Assembly: GCA_964450685.1 (NCBI GenBank)
Contig: CAYVDN010000006.1
Coordinates: 3,532 to 67,531, forward strand
DNA: 64,000 nt
DNA from: an uncultured Microthrixaceae bacterium
GTDB taxonomy: Bacteria > Actinomycetota > Acidimicrobiia > Acidimicrobiales > Microtrichaceae
Direction of reading: 5' to 3'
In this document: in pieces, positions 46,897 to 55,111 of the stretch
Layout: each line of letters opens with the position of its first letter
How positions within the stretch are numbered: position 1 is the first letter of the stretch
Program-made: the position numbers and the translations under genes
Notes under the pieces: model-generated
What the model saw: only the letters and a program-made list of their open reading frames with translations
Told to the model about the DNA's origin: nothing
The model's database searches: none

Positions 46897-47811
46897 CTAC
46901 GGGAGCACGATGGTCTGACCGACGTGCAGCAGTGACGGGTCCCCGGGGTCGACCAGTCGATCGCGGTTCTCCTCGACGAGCCGGGCCCAGTAGGTCGCGA
47001 CAGGTTCCGCGTGGCCGCGTTCGGCTACGACGCGTTCGGCGATCGCCCAGAAATGCTCGCCGGGTTCGACCGAGTGCAGGGAAACAGCGGGCGCTGCTGC
47101 TGATGGGTAGGTGGCTACCCCGTCGGTTGATGCTGGGTCGTTGAACTCTGGACCGTTGAACGCTGGGTCATTGGGCACTGGGACAGTCGATGCCGGGTCG
47201 CTGGACAGATCCGGGGTGGATGGATTCGGGGCCGGCGCCCACGGGAGCATCGTTCGCGCAGACGTGGTTGTCGAGGACGTGGGGCTGTCGACCAGGGACT
47301 CGAGTGTGATCGTGCGTGGGTCTGTCGGATTCTCCACGGCTCCGACGCTCGGAATGCTCACCGATGCAGCGGCCACGCTCACAGCTGCTGCCGTCAACCA
47401 GCGGGGCGTCGCACGGCGGGCCAGCACAGCGACCCGACCGCTGTGACTACCTGCGCCAGGCATCGGGCCGTGGACCAGGCCAACCAGGAGATTCAGTCCC
47501 GCGACGATCGTCAAGTAGCCGAGCGTGGCCAACGCGACTACCACGAGCGTCGAACTCACGAGCCCGACAATGTCCCAGGTGGCAGTCGTGGATCCGGCGA
47601 AGCTCTGCCAGTCGAGCCATGGCGGGCGGTTGCCCCAGACCGCCGCCAGTCCGACCGACGAGATCAGCATCGTGGCCAACGCACGCCGTAGTTGGCGACG
47701 TCTCAGGGACCGGGGTGACATATCGGACCTGCGGCCCGGTACCGGTCTGTTCGTGGCGTGGTCCGATCCGAGGCTGGGTCGACGGTACGAGCGGTCCTCG
47801 ATGATGGTCAT
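46897..47811 (-). CDS. Polytopic membrane protein with C-terminal LysM peptidoglycan-binding domain (last gene of the Tad operon)
   Basis: ATG 47811 forms an ATGA overlap with the upstream stop (47808-47811). TM segments include LATMLISSVGLAAVWG and IVGLVSSTLVVVALATLGYLTIVAGLNLLVGLV. A Pro/Ser/Thr-rich linker is followed by the LysM-like HSVEPGEHFWAIAERVV...NRDRLVDPGDPSLLHVGQTIVLP. Confidence 0.65.
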   Translation of the reverse strand: MTIIEDRSYRRPSLGSDHATNRPVPGRRSDMSPRSLRRRQLRRALATMLISSVGLAAVWGNRPPWLDWQSFAGSTTATWDIVGLVSSTLVVVALATLGYLTIVAGLNLLVGLVHGPMPGAGSHSGRVAVLARRATPRWLTAAAVSVAAASVSIPSVGAVENPTDPRTITLESLVDSPTSSTTTSARTMLPWAPAPNPSTPDLSSDPASTVPVPNDPAFNGPEFNDPASTDGVATYPSAAAPAVSLHSVEPGEHFWAIAERVVAERGHAEPVATYWARLVEENRDRLVDPGDPSLLHVGQTIVLP

Positions 47812-49046
47812 GTCTGCTCCTTGGCAACTGGGGACCCTGCGGCGTCGAGCGGGCGGAGTCGAACACATCCGTCAACCTCGTCGACACCGAGCGAGGTCGC
47901 TCCGGGGTAGGTGCCGAGATATCGGGCTGTGGTAGTCGCCCCGGATCCAGGCCACTCGTCGAACGTGAACACCTCGGACGAGGAGGCTCTGAGGAGAACG
48001 ACCTGAGCCGGTCCCCGACAGGTGATCGGAGCGACGACGACATGGTCTCCTGGTTCTCCAGCACTGAAGCGATCGCTCCCGACCGTCACGATGTTGCCCG
48101 AGACGGAGACGTCGTCGGGGCAATCGTCACGGTCAAGGTCCGGGCCGGCACTTGCCCAGGGATTGGCGGTGGGCGAGTGGGCGCATGCCGGTCTGTCGTC
48201 GGACGCGAGTGGCGAAGGGCTGCTCGACTCCACCCGGCCACTGCTCTGGCCGGCGGCGGCCACCGCTCCCCAGGTCAGGCCGAGCACACCGACCCCGACG
48301 GCGGCACCCACCAGCCGGAGAGGTGTCCCACCGAGCGGCGATCGGCCGCCTGCCTTCGCCCCCTGGCCCGGACGAGACGTCGGGTCGCCGATCCGTGGCG
48401 GCGACATTCGTGAGCTCAGGTCAACTGCGAGCTCACGAAGGTCAGCCGCCAGGGCTTCGACTGATCGACAGCCCGCTTCCGGCGAGACCGAGTTCGTTCT
48501 TCCGAGGCCCCGGTGGTAACGACGCACGGCAGAGCGGTACACCCACGATGCCCTCGGACCCCACGTGTCGCCGCGGTGGCGCAGGACGTGCTCGATCAGA
48601 TCCACAAGCTGTTGGAGGTCGGTGAGGGTATCGGGTCCCTCGTCACCAGCGTTGCTGCAGCGAACCCTTGCCGAACCGAGCGAGCAGAGACGAACAGTTC
48701 CTTCCGCGGCGATGACCACGTGCTCAGAGCACAACGCACCATGGGTCCAGCCGGCTGCGTGCAGCTCCGCGACGGCGTCGGCTGTGTCGGCGAGAGCCGT
48801 GAGCAGCTCTGTAGGCGACCGCCCCTGCAGCTGTGATAGGTCGCGGTCGCCTGCGTCGACGGTGACGAGATCGGTCCTGTCATCGGACTCCCGCAACGCG
48901 ACGAGCTCCACCACTGGTAGTCCCCGCATGTGTTCGAGCAGTTCTGCCTCGCGACGCAGATGCTGACGAGAACCTCCTCGGGCACTCTTGGCCACGAGCG
49001 GTGTACCGCCGACGGTGAGCCGGTGGACCCGATTGGCCCCGGTCAT
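47808..49046 (-). CDS. Single-pass membrane protein: cytoplasmic kinase-fold domain with substituted catalytic residues (pseudokinase), plus an extracytoplasmic 4-Cys domain
   Basis: 412 aa with ATGA overlaps at both ends. It keeps a beta3-like Lys (PLVAKSA) and an alphaC-like Glu (REAELLEH). The catalytic loop reads LHAAGWTHGALCSEHVVI, where kinases have HxD....N. The DFG position reads LCSLGSA. TM segment: LRLVGAAVGVGVLGLTWGAVAAAG. Confidence 0.55.
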   Translation of the reverse strand: MTGANRVHRLTVGGTPLVAKSARGGSRQHLRREAELLEHMRGLPVVELVALRESDDRTDLVTVDAGDRDLSQLQGRSPTELLTALADTADAVAELHAAGWTHGALCSEHVVIAAEGTVRLCSLGSARVRCSNAGDEGPDTLTDLQQLVDLIEHVLRHRGDTWGPRASWVYRSAVRRYHRGLGRTNSVSPEAGCRSVEALAADLRELAVDLSSRMSPPRIGDPTSRPGQGAKAGGRSPLGGTPLRLVGAAVGVGVLGLTWGAVAAAGQSSGRVESSSPSPLASDDRPACAHSPTANPWASAGPDLDRDDCPDDVSVSGNIVTVGSDRFSAGEPGDHVVVAPITCRGPAQVVLLRASSSEVFTFDEWPGSGATTTARYLGTYPGATSLGVDEVDGCVRLRPLDAAGSPVAKEQT

Positions 49047-49513
49047 CGGTTGAGCCTGGCGGTAGCAGTGACGACGATCCGCTCGCTGTCCGCGCGACCT
49101 GGAACAGCGCGGAGCATCACGTGGTCGACCAGGAGCTCGATCGTGACAGTCACCGTCGAACCCTCGTCACCGACCCGCACGGTCGGTTCAGACACAAGAT
49201 CTCCGGGGAGGCTGACAGTGCTCAGGTGTGCATCGACCACGCGTCGTGCTCTGCCGGGGTCGATTGTCAGCCCGCCGCTCCGCTGGAGCTCCTCGGTGTC
49301 GATCATCGCCGCGGCATCGTCGGCGGCCGCGGACACCGTCCGATGGGCCGAACGGTGCGCACCGTGCAGGAGAGTCAGGTCGATCGCGATGGTGCCCAGG
49401 CAGATGAGGACGAGCATCATCGCCGGTACGAGCATCAACGCGCTCGCAGTCTCGCCTCCGTGTCGCTCAGTCCAGTGCGCAAGGCGTGGTCGCCGGGTCA
49501 TGGCTGGGTCCAC
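49043..49513 (-). CDS. TadE/TadG-like minor pilin / pilus assembly protein
   Basis: 156 aa. The N-terminus ERHGGETASALMLVPAMMLVLICLGTIAIDL has a TadE-type hydrophobic segment. GTG 49513 or ATG 49501 are possible starts. It overlaps the upstream gene by 47 or 35 nt. Confidence 0.6.
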   Translation of the reverse strand: MDPAMTRRPRLAHWTERHGGETASALMLVPAMMLVLICLGTIAIDLTLLHGAHRSAHRTVSAAADDAAAMIDTEELQRSGGLTIDPGRARRVVDAHLSTVSLPGDLVSEPTVRVGDEGSTVTVTIELLVDHVMLRAVPGRADSERIVVTATARLNR

Positions 49514-49985
49514 TGGTCATCTCCCTGTGTGGGTCGACGAGCTCCCGGTGCGTGACTCGCACAGGTCGGGTCCCGAGGTCGTCGAGGAATGGGAGGCGTG
49601 CAGCGGGAGCTTCTGCCTCGAGGGTGACGGTCGCCGGTTCACAGGGCCCGAACCGGTTCGGGTCGGGGGCTGTGAACCGGATGTCTGCCAGGCGAGTGCC
49701 ACGTCGCAGCAGGACCTCTGAAGCAGCTCGTTGTCCGGCTGATGCTGCCTCCCGGGGTGTAGAGGCTTCCGTGTAGCTGCGCATGTACTCGCGTGCCGCA
49801 GCGTCCATGGCGGCGCGGGTGTCGATGATCGACCAGATGTTCAGTACCGCTAGCGAGCCGGCGACCAGGATGAACAGGCCGAAGAGGATTCCCTCGGCGC
49901 CGCCGACGAAGCCGCCCTGACAGCGGCGGCGAGCTGATGGATGTGGTGCCATGTTGCGGCATCCGTCGCCGGCCGTCCCGTTCAC
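49467..49985 (-). CDS. TadE-like protein
   Basis: 172 aa with a GTGA overlap to the upstream stop (49982-49985). N-terminal hydrophobic segment: GGAEGILFGLFILVAGSLAVLNIWSIIDTRAAMDAAAREY. Confidence 0.5.
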   Translation of the reverse strand: MNGTAGDGCRNMAPHPSARRRCQGGFVGGAEGILFGLFILVAGSLAVLNIWSIIDTRAAMDAAAREYMRSYTEASTPREAASAGQRAASEVLLRRGTRLADIRFTAPDPNRFGPCEPATVTLEAEAPAARLPFLDDLGTRPVRVTHRELVDPHREMTSGPSHDPATTPCALD

Positions 49986-50422
49986 GGTCTCTCCACCCTG
50001 ACCGAGATGGTTCGATCCAGAGCACCGACGACCGGGCCTCCGTCGATCATCGCTGGTAGCAGCGAGACACCCCTGGATCGCAGCCGGAGGACGACACGGT
50101 CGTCGTCCAACGACTCGATGTCGAGTTGCACGTCGCCGCCGTGCTCGCCGAGCGCGTCCCTGGCATCATCGAGGACCTGTGCTGCCACAGTGGCGCGGTC
50201 ATAGCCGACAGGTGCCGTCGCGATGTCGCGTGCTGCGTCGTAGGCGACAGCATCGACGGTGCTTCGTGCCCACAGGCCGATGCAGATGTTCGACGCGAGC
50301 CCGACCGACGCCGCAACGGCGGCGACACCGAACACCGTGCTCAGGAGCCCTGACCCGCGCTCGTCGCGACGAGAACAGCGCCTGGGTACACCCCGCCGGG
50401 TCGAGCTCCGGGTGCCGTTCAT
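49982..50422 (-). CDS. TadE-like protein (actinobacterial ERGS-type N-terminus)
   Basis: Trimmed to ATG 50422, which forms an ATGA overlap with the flp-like stop. RDERGSGLLSTVFGVAAVAASVGLASNI resembles the DRGSA-type start of the Rv3654c-family TadE-like proteins. Confidence 0.6.
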   Translation of the reverse strand: MNGTRSSTRRGVPRRCSRRDERGSGLLSTVFGVAAVAASVGLASNICIGLWARSTVDAVAYDAARDIATAPVGYDRATVAAQVLDDARDALGEHGGDVQLDIESLDDDRVVLRLRSRGVSLLPAMIDGGPVVGALDRTISVRVERP

Positions 50423-50658
50423 CCGCCGATCTGCTCCACCTGGGCGCGGGTCCGGTCGGTAGCCGAGTTCATCATCGAGTCGAACCCGGTCCAAAGACCG
50501 ATGCCGAGGAAGGCGACTATCAGGACTGCAATCGCGGTCGAGATGACCCCCTCGCCCCGCTCGTTGCACAGCGGAGCAGGGGCAGGCTTTGCCGCTCGGT
50601 GAGCAGGCTCCGTGTGTGCGGGCTCGGACAGGACTCGTGAGTCGGTGTTGTTCTCCAT
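50419..50658 (-). CDS. flp: Flp/DUF4244-like prepilin candidate
   Basis: 79 aa. CCAGGAGGTCATC precedes ATG 50658 (AGGAGG Shine-Dalgarno). A 34-aa charged leader ends in NERG, followed by the hydrophobic EGVISTAIAVLIVAFLGIGLW. The gene sits between tadC and the tadE-like genes. Confidence 0.55.
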   Translation of the reverse strand: MENNTDSRVLSEPAHTEPAHRAAKPAPAPLCNERGEGVISTAIAVLIVAFLGIGLWTGFDSMMNSATDRTRAQVEQIGG

Positions 50659-50692
50659 GATGACCTCCTGGTCGTTGTTCTTCTTGTCGGGT

Positions 50693-51586
50693 TCACCCGC
50701 CGGCGACCTGCTCCATGGCGGAGGTGAAAGGGACGGCGAGGAAGATGAGGCCCGGTACGAGGGTCGCGACGGTGACCGGGATCCAGACCAGTTGTGAGCG
50801 CCGCTCGATGGCCTCGATCAAGTCGCGGTGTGCCGCAGCCCGGGCGCTCCGTGCTTCCTGGGACACGAGCTGGCCCAGGTCGCCCGCATCTCCGTGCAGT
50901 CGGAGGACAGAGACCAGGCGGCCGATTGCGTCGACTCCGCTGTCATCGGCCCATTCGGCAAGCGCTGCGTTGGTGCTCAGGCCCTGGCGGATCCTCCGGC
51001 TGACTGAACGCAGGTCCGATGCGATCGCCCCGTCGCCGCGTTGCGCCAGGCGGTTCAGCGCGCCCGGAACCGAGTATCCGGCCGACAGGAGCAGACCGAG
51101 CTGCTCGGTGACCACCGGAAGCTCGTCGCGTCGACGCGAGCGCCGCTCCTCGACCGCGGAGTCCAATCGGCGTTCCTCGATCAGCGCAGCCAGGACGGGC
51201 AGGCCGAGGATCGCGACGACTGCGACGACGGGCTTGGGGGTGACAGCGACGCTGAAAGCTGCTCCTGCGACGAACGTGACACCGGCGAACGTGGCCTGCC
51301 GCATCCGGAACGCGGCAGGGTCCAGGGACCAGCCAGCCTGGTCGAGCCTGGTGGACAGCAGCTGGCGCACGCCGAGCAAGGATGATGCTCGCTCCCCCCA
51401 TCGTTCGATTCCGGGAGCGAGGATGGCCCTCATCGAGTCCGAGGTGCGGTGTGTCGTCGCGTGGGGGCGGTGGCGCCGATATGGCGCCAGCCGATCCGCA
51501 AGACGCGAGCGTCGGAACCAGGGTGCCTCGCACAGGAGGAGGGTGATCCCGGCAGCGAGAAACGCCCATACGATAGGAAGGGTCAT
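50693..51586 (-). CDS. tadC: Type II secretion system F-family membrane protein (TadC-like)
   Basis: Trimmed to ATG 51586 (ATGA overlap with the tadB stop). It has 3-4 TM helices flanking a T2SSF-type cytoplasmic domain (DELPVVTEQLGLLLSAGYSVPGAL). Confidence 0.75.
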   Translation of the reverse strand: MTLPIVWAFLAAGITLLLCEAPWFRRSRLADRLAPYRRHRPHATTHRTSDSMRAILAPGIERWGERASSLLGVRQLLSTRLDQAGWSLDPAAFRMRQATFAGVTFVAGAAFSVAVTPKPVVAVVAILGLPVLAALIEERRLDSAVEERRSRRRDELPVVTEQLGLLLSAGYSVPGALNRLAQRGDGAIASDLRSVSRRIRQGLSTNAALAEWADDSGVDAIGRLVSVLRLHGDAGDLGQLVSQEARSARAAAHRDLIEAIERRSQLVWIPVTVATLVPGLIFLAVPFTSAMEQVAGG

Positions 51587-52449
51587 CGGTCGAACACCCG
51601 TCTCTGCTCGGGAAGTCGCATGACACGGCTTGCCCACCACCAGCACGCGGCCATGACGAGCAGCCCGACTGCCACCAGCGCCTGCCCGACCGGTGTCTGG
51701 TAGGCCGCCCTCCCGTCGCCGACGCTCAGCCCGGCGAGGGCCATTCCCGCCGGTACGAGCACCACGAACACCCTGGCGAAGCGCGCGCCGGACTGGCGTG
51801 CCTCGGCCTCCCTGCGTCCCGCCAGATCCTGACGACGATCGTCTGCGAGAGCGGCGAGGCGGGAGTCGAGGTCGCCGCCGACATCAGCGGCGACGAGCAG
51901 TGTCTCACAGGTTGCGTCAGCCGTCGGGTCCGCGAGTTGTCGCTTCAGTTCTGCGACGGTGCGAGGGAAGTCGGTCGTGAGCGACCACTCCCGTTGTGCC
52001 GAGATGAAGGCTCCGTGGAGCTCCTCGGGTCCTCGGAGCCCGACCTCGAGGAGCGCCTGGGGGATCGACCGGCCGGCCGACCCGGTCAGGACTCTGAGCT
52101 CCTCGATGAGGCGCGGCCAAGCGGCCCTCGCTGCGTGTCGTCTGGCGGTGCGTCGAGACCTCCAGACCGTCGCCGGGACGATCGCACCGGCTCCCGCAAC
52201 GAGTAGCGCGGGCAGGCCGGGGCCGAACACGACCAGAGCAGGGAGTGAGCTCGTAGCACCGACCAGAAGCGATGCGAGCAGGAACTGCACCGGGCTCACC
52301 CCTTCGAGCCCTGCCTGGTCCAGGATCAGTCGGGCGCGTCCTGCAGCCATCGAGCGCACATCGGTCTGATTCCAACGGGAACGGGGTTCACTCCAGACCA
52401 GCAGGTAGGTGCCTGTTGCTGCGAGGGCGGCGAGCAGGAGGCCGGTCAT
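51583..52449 (-). CDS. tadB: Type II secretion system F-family membrane protein (TadB-like)
   Basis: 288 aa with an ATGA overlap to the tadA stop. T2SSF pattern: WPRLIEELRVLTGSAGRSIPQAL, plus terminal TM helices. Confidence 0.75.
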   Translation of the reverse strand: MTGLLLAALAATGTYLLVWSEPRSRWNQTDVRSMAAGRARLILDQAGLEGVSPVQFLLASLLVGATSSLPALVVFGPGLPALLVAGAGAIVPATVWRSRRTARRHAARAAWPRLIEELRVLTGSAGRSIPQALLEVGLRGPEELHGAFISAQREWSLTTDFPRTVAELKRQLADPTADATCETLLVAADVGGDLDSRLAALADDRRQDLAGRREAEARQSGARFARVFVVLVPAGMALAGLSVGDGRAAYQTPVGQALVAVGLLVMAACWWWASRVMRLPEQRRVFDR

Positions 52450-53756
52450 GATCGTCCTACGGCTTCGCCGAGCAGGAGTCGTCCGTCGAAACCTGCTCTC
52501 TGGAGCCGTTCGAGCGCCCGCATCGGCATCAGTCCTGTCGGGCGCAGCGGTCCGTCGATCCGTGGACGCTCGAACAGCTCTGTCGTGGTGAACTGCACGG
52601 CGTCCGCGCCCGCAGTCAGGTCCTCCACCGCCAGTACCGAGGTGACGCGTGGACCGTTCGGACCTCGCTCGGAGTGGACGACCAGGTCGATCGCGTCGCT
52701 GACCAGGCTGTTGAGCGCGGCAACAGGCAATTGATGGGAATCGGAGAGCTGGGCGATGAACCTCAATCTCGTCAAGGCCTGCTTCGATGACGAAGCATGA
52801 ATGGTCGTGTAGCCGGTAACGCCGGACGACAGGGTCAACAGCAGTGGCATCGCTTCGCGGTCGCGGACCTCGCCGACTATCGCCACGTCCGGGGCCATTC
52901 GCAGGAATCCGGCGACCAGTCGTCGCAGATCGACCTCGGCGCGGTCGGCGCGGGCGGGCCGGGTCTGGAGGCTGGCGATGTTCGCGAGCGGTACGTCGGC
53001 TTCGAAGACCTCCTCGGCGATCACGACTCTCAGGGACGGTTCGAGTTCCGCTGCGCAGCAGGACAGCAGCGTCGTCTTGCCGGCTCCGGGTGCGCCGGCG
53101 AACACGATGCTCATGCGGGCCCGCACGCAGGCGACCAGGAAGGTGGCGGCCTGCGGGGAAAGCGTCTCTCGTCGCACGAGCTCGTCCAGCGAGCTGATTG
53201 CCACGCCGGTGAACTTGCGGATGTTGACCATCAGGTGATTCCCGCGGCTCAGGTCACCGTGCACGATGTGGAGCCGCGATCCGTCGTCGAGCTGTGCGTC
53301 CTGGAGTCCCTCCGTGGGGTCGAGCTTGCGATGTGACGAAGCAGCATCCTCGAGGAGCTTGGTCAGGGTCCTGGCCACGTGGTCGTCGTCGTGGAACACC
53401 TCGTGGTGGTAGCGGCTACCACCGGAGTGCCTGCGCACGAAGATCTCGGTGGGGGCGTTGATCATGATCTCCCACACGTCGTCGTCGTCGAGCAGGTCCG
53501 TCAACGGCCCGTACCGTGCGAGATTCCGGAACGCCCTTTCCGCGATCCCCTCGGGATCGTTCAACCCATCCCGGATGAGACCTCGGCGGTGATCTGCCTG
53601 GTGTTCGTCGATCACGTGGTCGATCAAGCGGCGAAGTCGTACCTGGCCCCCTGGCTCATCGACGTCGAGGAGCTCACGGGTGGCTCGGAGCTGCACCTCG
53701 TGCTCGACTCGCTGAAGCGGCGAAGGTGCGGACGGGGCGGTCGTGGTGGCCTTCAT
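52446..53756 (-). CDS. tadA: CpaF/TadA-type secretion ATPase
   Basis: Trimmed from the 622-aa track ORF to ATG 53756 (436 aa; ATGA overlap with the tadZ stop). Walker A is FAGAPGAGKTTLL, Walker B is RVVIAEEVFE, and it has IVGEVRDREA and TGYTTIHASS. The discarded N-terminal extension is Arg/Pro-rich antisense sequence of tadZ. Confidence 0.9.
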   Translation of the reverse strand: MKATTTAPSAPSPLQRVEHEVQLRATRELLDVDEPGGQVRLRRLIDHVIDEHQADHRRGLIRDGLNDPEGIAERAFRNLARYGPLTDLLDDDDVWEIMINAPTEIFVRRHSGGSRYHHEVFHDDDHVARTLTKLLEDAASSHRKLDPTEGLQDAQLDDGSRLHIVHGDLSRGNHLMVNIRKFTGVAISSLDELVRRETLSPQAATFLVACVRARMSIVFAGAPGAGKTTLLSCCAAELEPSLRVVIAEEVFEADVPLANIASLQTRPARADRAEVDLRRLVAGFLRMAPDVAIVGEVRDREAMPLLLTLSSGVTGYTTIHASSSKQALTRLRFIAQLSDSHQLPVAALNSLVSDAIDLVVHSERGPNGPRVTSVLAVEDLTAGADAVQFTTTELFERPRIDGPLRPTGLMPMRALERLQRAGFDGRLLLGEAVGRS

Positions 53757-55111
53757 GCGACGTCCCTCCTGTTGCGCGCGAAGAGCTGCACCCGGTCGTC
53801 GATGTCGGTGCCGAGCTCTCCCGGACGGACCCGCTCGGCGACCTCGCCGCCCTGCGTCGGTCGAGGGGGGAGCGAGTCGGCGAGAGCGAGCACGTGACGC
53901 CCGAGAGGATCGACGAGGCACGAAGGCAACGGCGCTACTCGGTCGTGGACCTCGTCCATGGCTCGAGCCCGGCTCAGCATGACCGGGTCGGCGATGTCGG
54001 CGTGACGTTCGCTGTCGAACAGCTTCGACACCTGGCGGCGCAGCAGTGTTCGTCGAGAGGCCGAGCGTGGCGAGCTCGAGATCACGGGTACGAGCCGGTG
54101 TGCAGGTACCCCGGCGTCGAGCAGGTCCTCTGTGAGAGTGGTGAGTCCGTGCAGGCCGTGAAGGTCGCCGCGGGCGACGACGAGAACCAGGTGGGCGCGG
54201 TCGACTGCTGCGAGGTTCACGGAGTGGCGGTCCTCCACGTCCGATGATCCAGTGTCCGCCTGATTGTCGAGCTCTGCGTCGAAGTCGACGATCACCGTGT
54301 CGAACGCGCGGCACATGGCATCAAGTGCTGCATCCGCGGACCTGCGTCGGAGGGTCACCCAGTCGGAGATCCGGCGGCGCCCCAGCAGCAGCGAGTAGTG
54401 ACGGGTCGGAACCGGGAAGGTGATTCTCCTCACCTCGTCGGGATCGAGCCTGTCGGAGCGATGTGACTCCACGAGCTCGGGAAGCCCGGGGACTACGTCG
54501 CCGATGTGGTGATACATCGCAAGTGACCCGCGTGCGCAGCCGTCGACCAGCGCGACGGTCCCCCTGCTGGTCGATTCAGCAGGTTCGTCCGGTGCGTATC
54601 GCCACCGGGTGGTTGCAGCGGCTTGGGCCAGGGCCATCGCTGCGGAGCTCGCCCCGCCGCCGCCCGGGCCCGTCACCGCCACGAGCAGGCCCTCACCGCG
54701 CACGGACTCACTCAGGACTGATCGGCCCGGGCGGCGGGCAGGTCCGACCGGACGTGCGTGGCGCTTCAGGGCCTCGACGAGCGTCGCGGGGTCCAGACGG
54801 TCGTCGATCACCGCCGCACAGCCAAGAGCTTCCCAGTCGCGGTGAACGGATCCGTCCGTGACCACCAGGCTGGGGGTGCCGGCACCGGCGGCGGCATCTA
54901 TGAGGTCGCGGTCGATCCCGGGGCCCCTCGCGTCGAGCAGCAGAGCGGAGACACGGCGGCCTGTGCCGAGCACAGCAGCAGCTTCGGTGGCGGTCAGACA
55001 GCTCACGAACTCGACGGGAGCAGCACCGTCGGTCGACCAGCGCGCCAGGTCGGCCACCCACCGTGCCCGAGCCCTGGTAACCCCGACGACGACGAACCGG
55101 TCGGAGCTCAT
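53753..55111 (-). CDS. tadZ: CpaE/TadZ-like (Ssd-like) ParA/MinD-fold protein with receiver-like N-domain and lysine-less P-loop
   Basis: 452 aa. The N-terminal flavodoxin-like region reads FVVVGV...SALLLDARGPGIDRDLI. The central LLVAVTGPGGGGASSAAMALA sits where MinD/ParA have GxxGxGK(S/T). ATGA overlaps at both ends. Confidence 0.7.
   Translation of the reverse strand: MSSDRFVVVGVTRARARWVADLARWSTDGAAPVEFVSCLTATEAAAVLGTGRRVSALLLDARGPGIDRDLIDAAAGAGTPSLVVTDGSVHRDWEALGCAAVIDDRLDPATLVEALKRHARPVGPARRPGRSVLSESVRGEGLLVAVTGPGGGGASSAAMALAQAAATTRWRYAPDEPAESTSRGTVALVDGCARGSLAMYHHIGDVVPGLPELVESHRSDRLDPDEVRRITFPVPTRHYSLLLGRRRISDWVTLRRRSADAALDAMCRAFDTVIVDFDAELDNQADTGSSDVEDRHSVNLAAVDRAHLVLVVARGDLHGLHGLTTLTEDLLDAGVPAHRLVPVISSSPRSASRRTLLRRQVSKLFDSERHADIADPVMLSRARAMDEVHDRVAPLPSCLVDPLGRHVLALADSLPPRPTQGGEVAERVRPGELGTDIDDRVQLFARNRRDVA

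Noticed and set aside
53757-54314. N-terminal 186-aa extension of the tadA ORF in the track (622 aa)
   Set aside because: The extension is Arg/Pro-rich and lies antisense-frame over the tadZ coding sequence. The ATG at 53756 gives the ATGA coupling and a normal-length CpaF/TadA.
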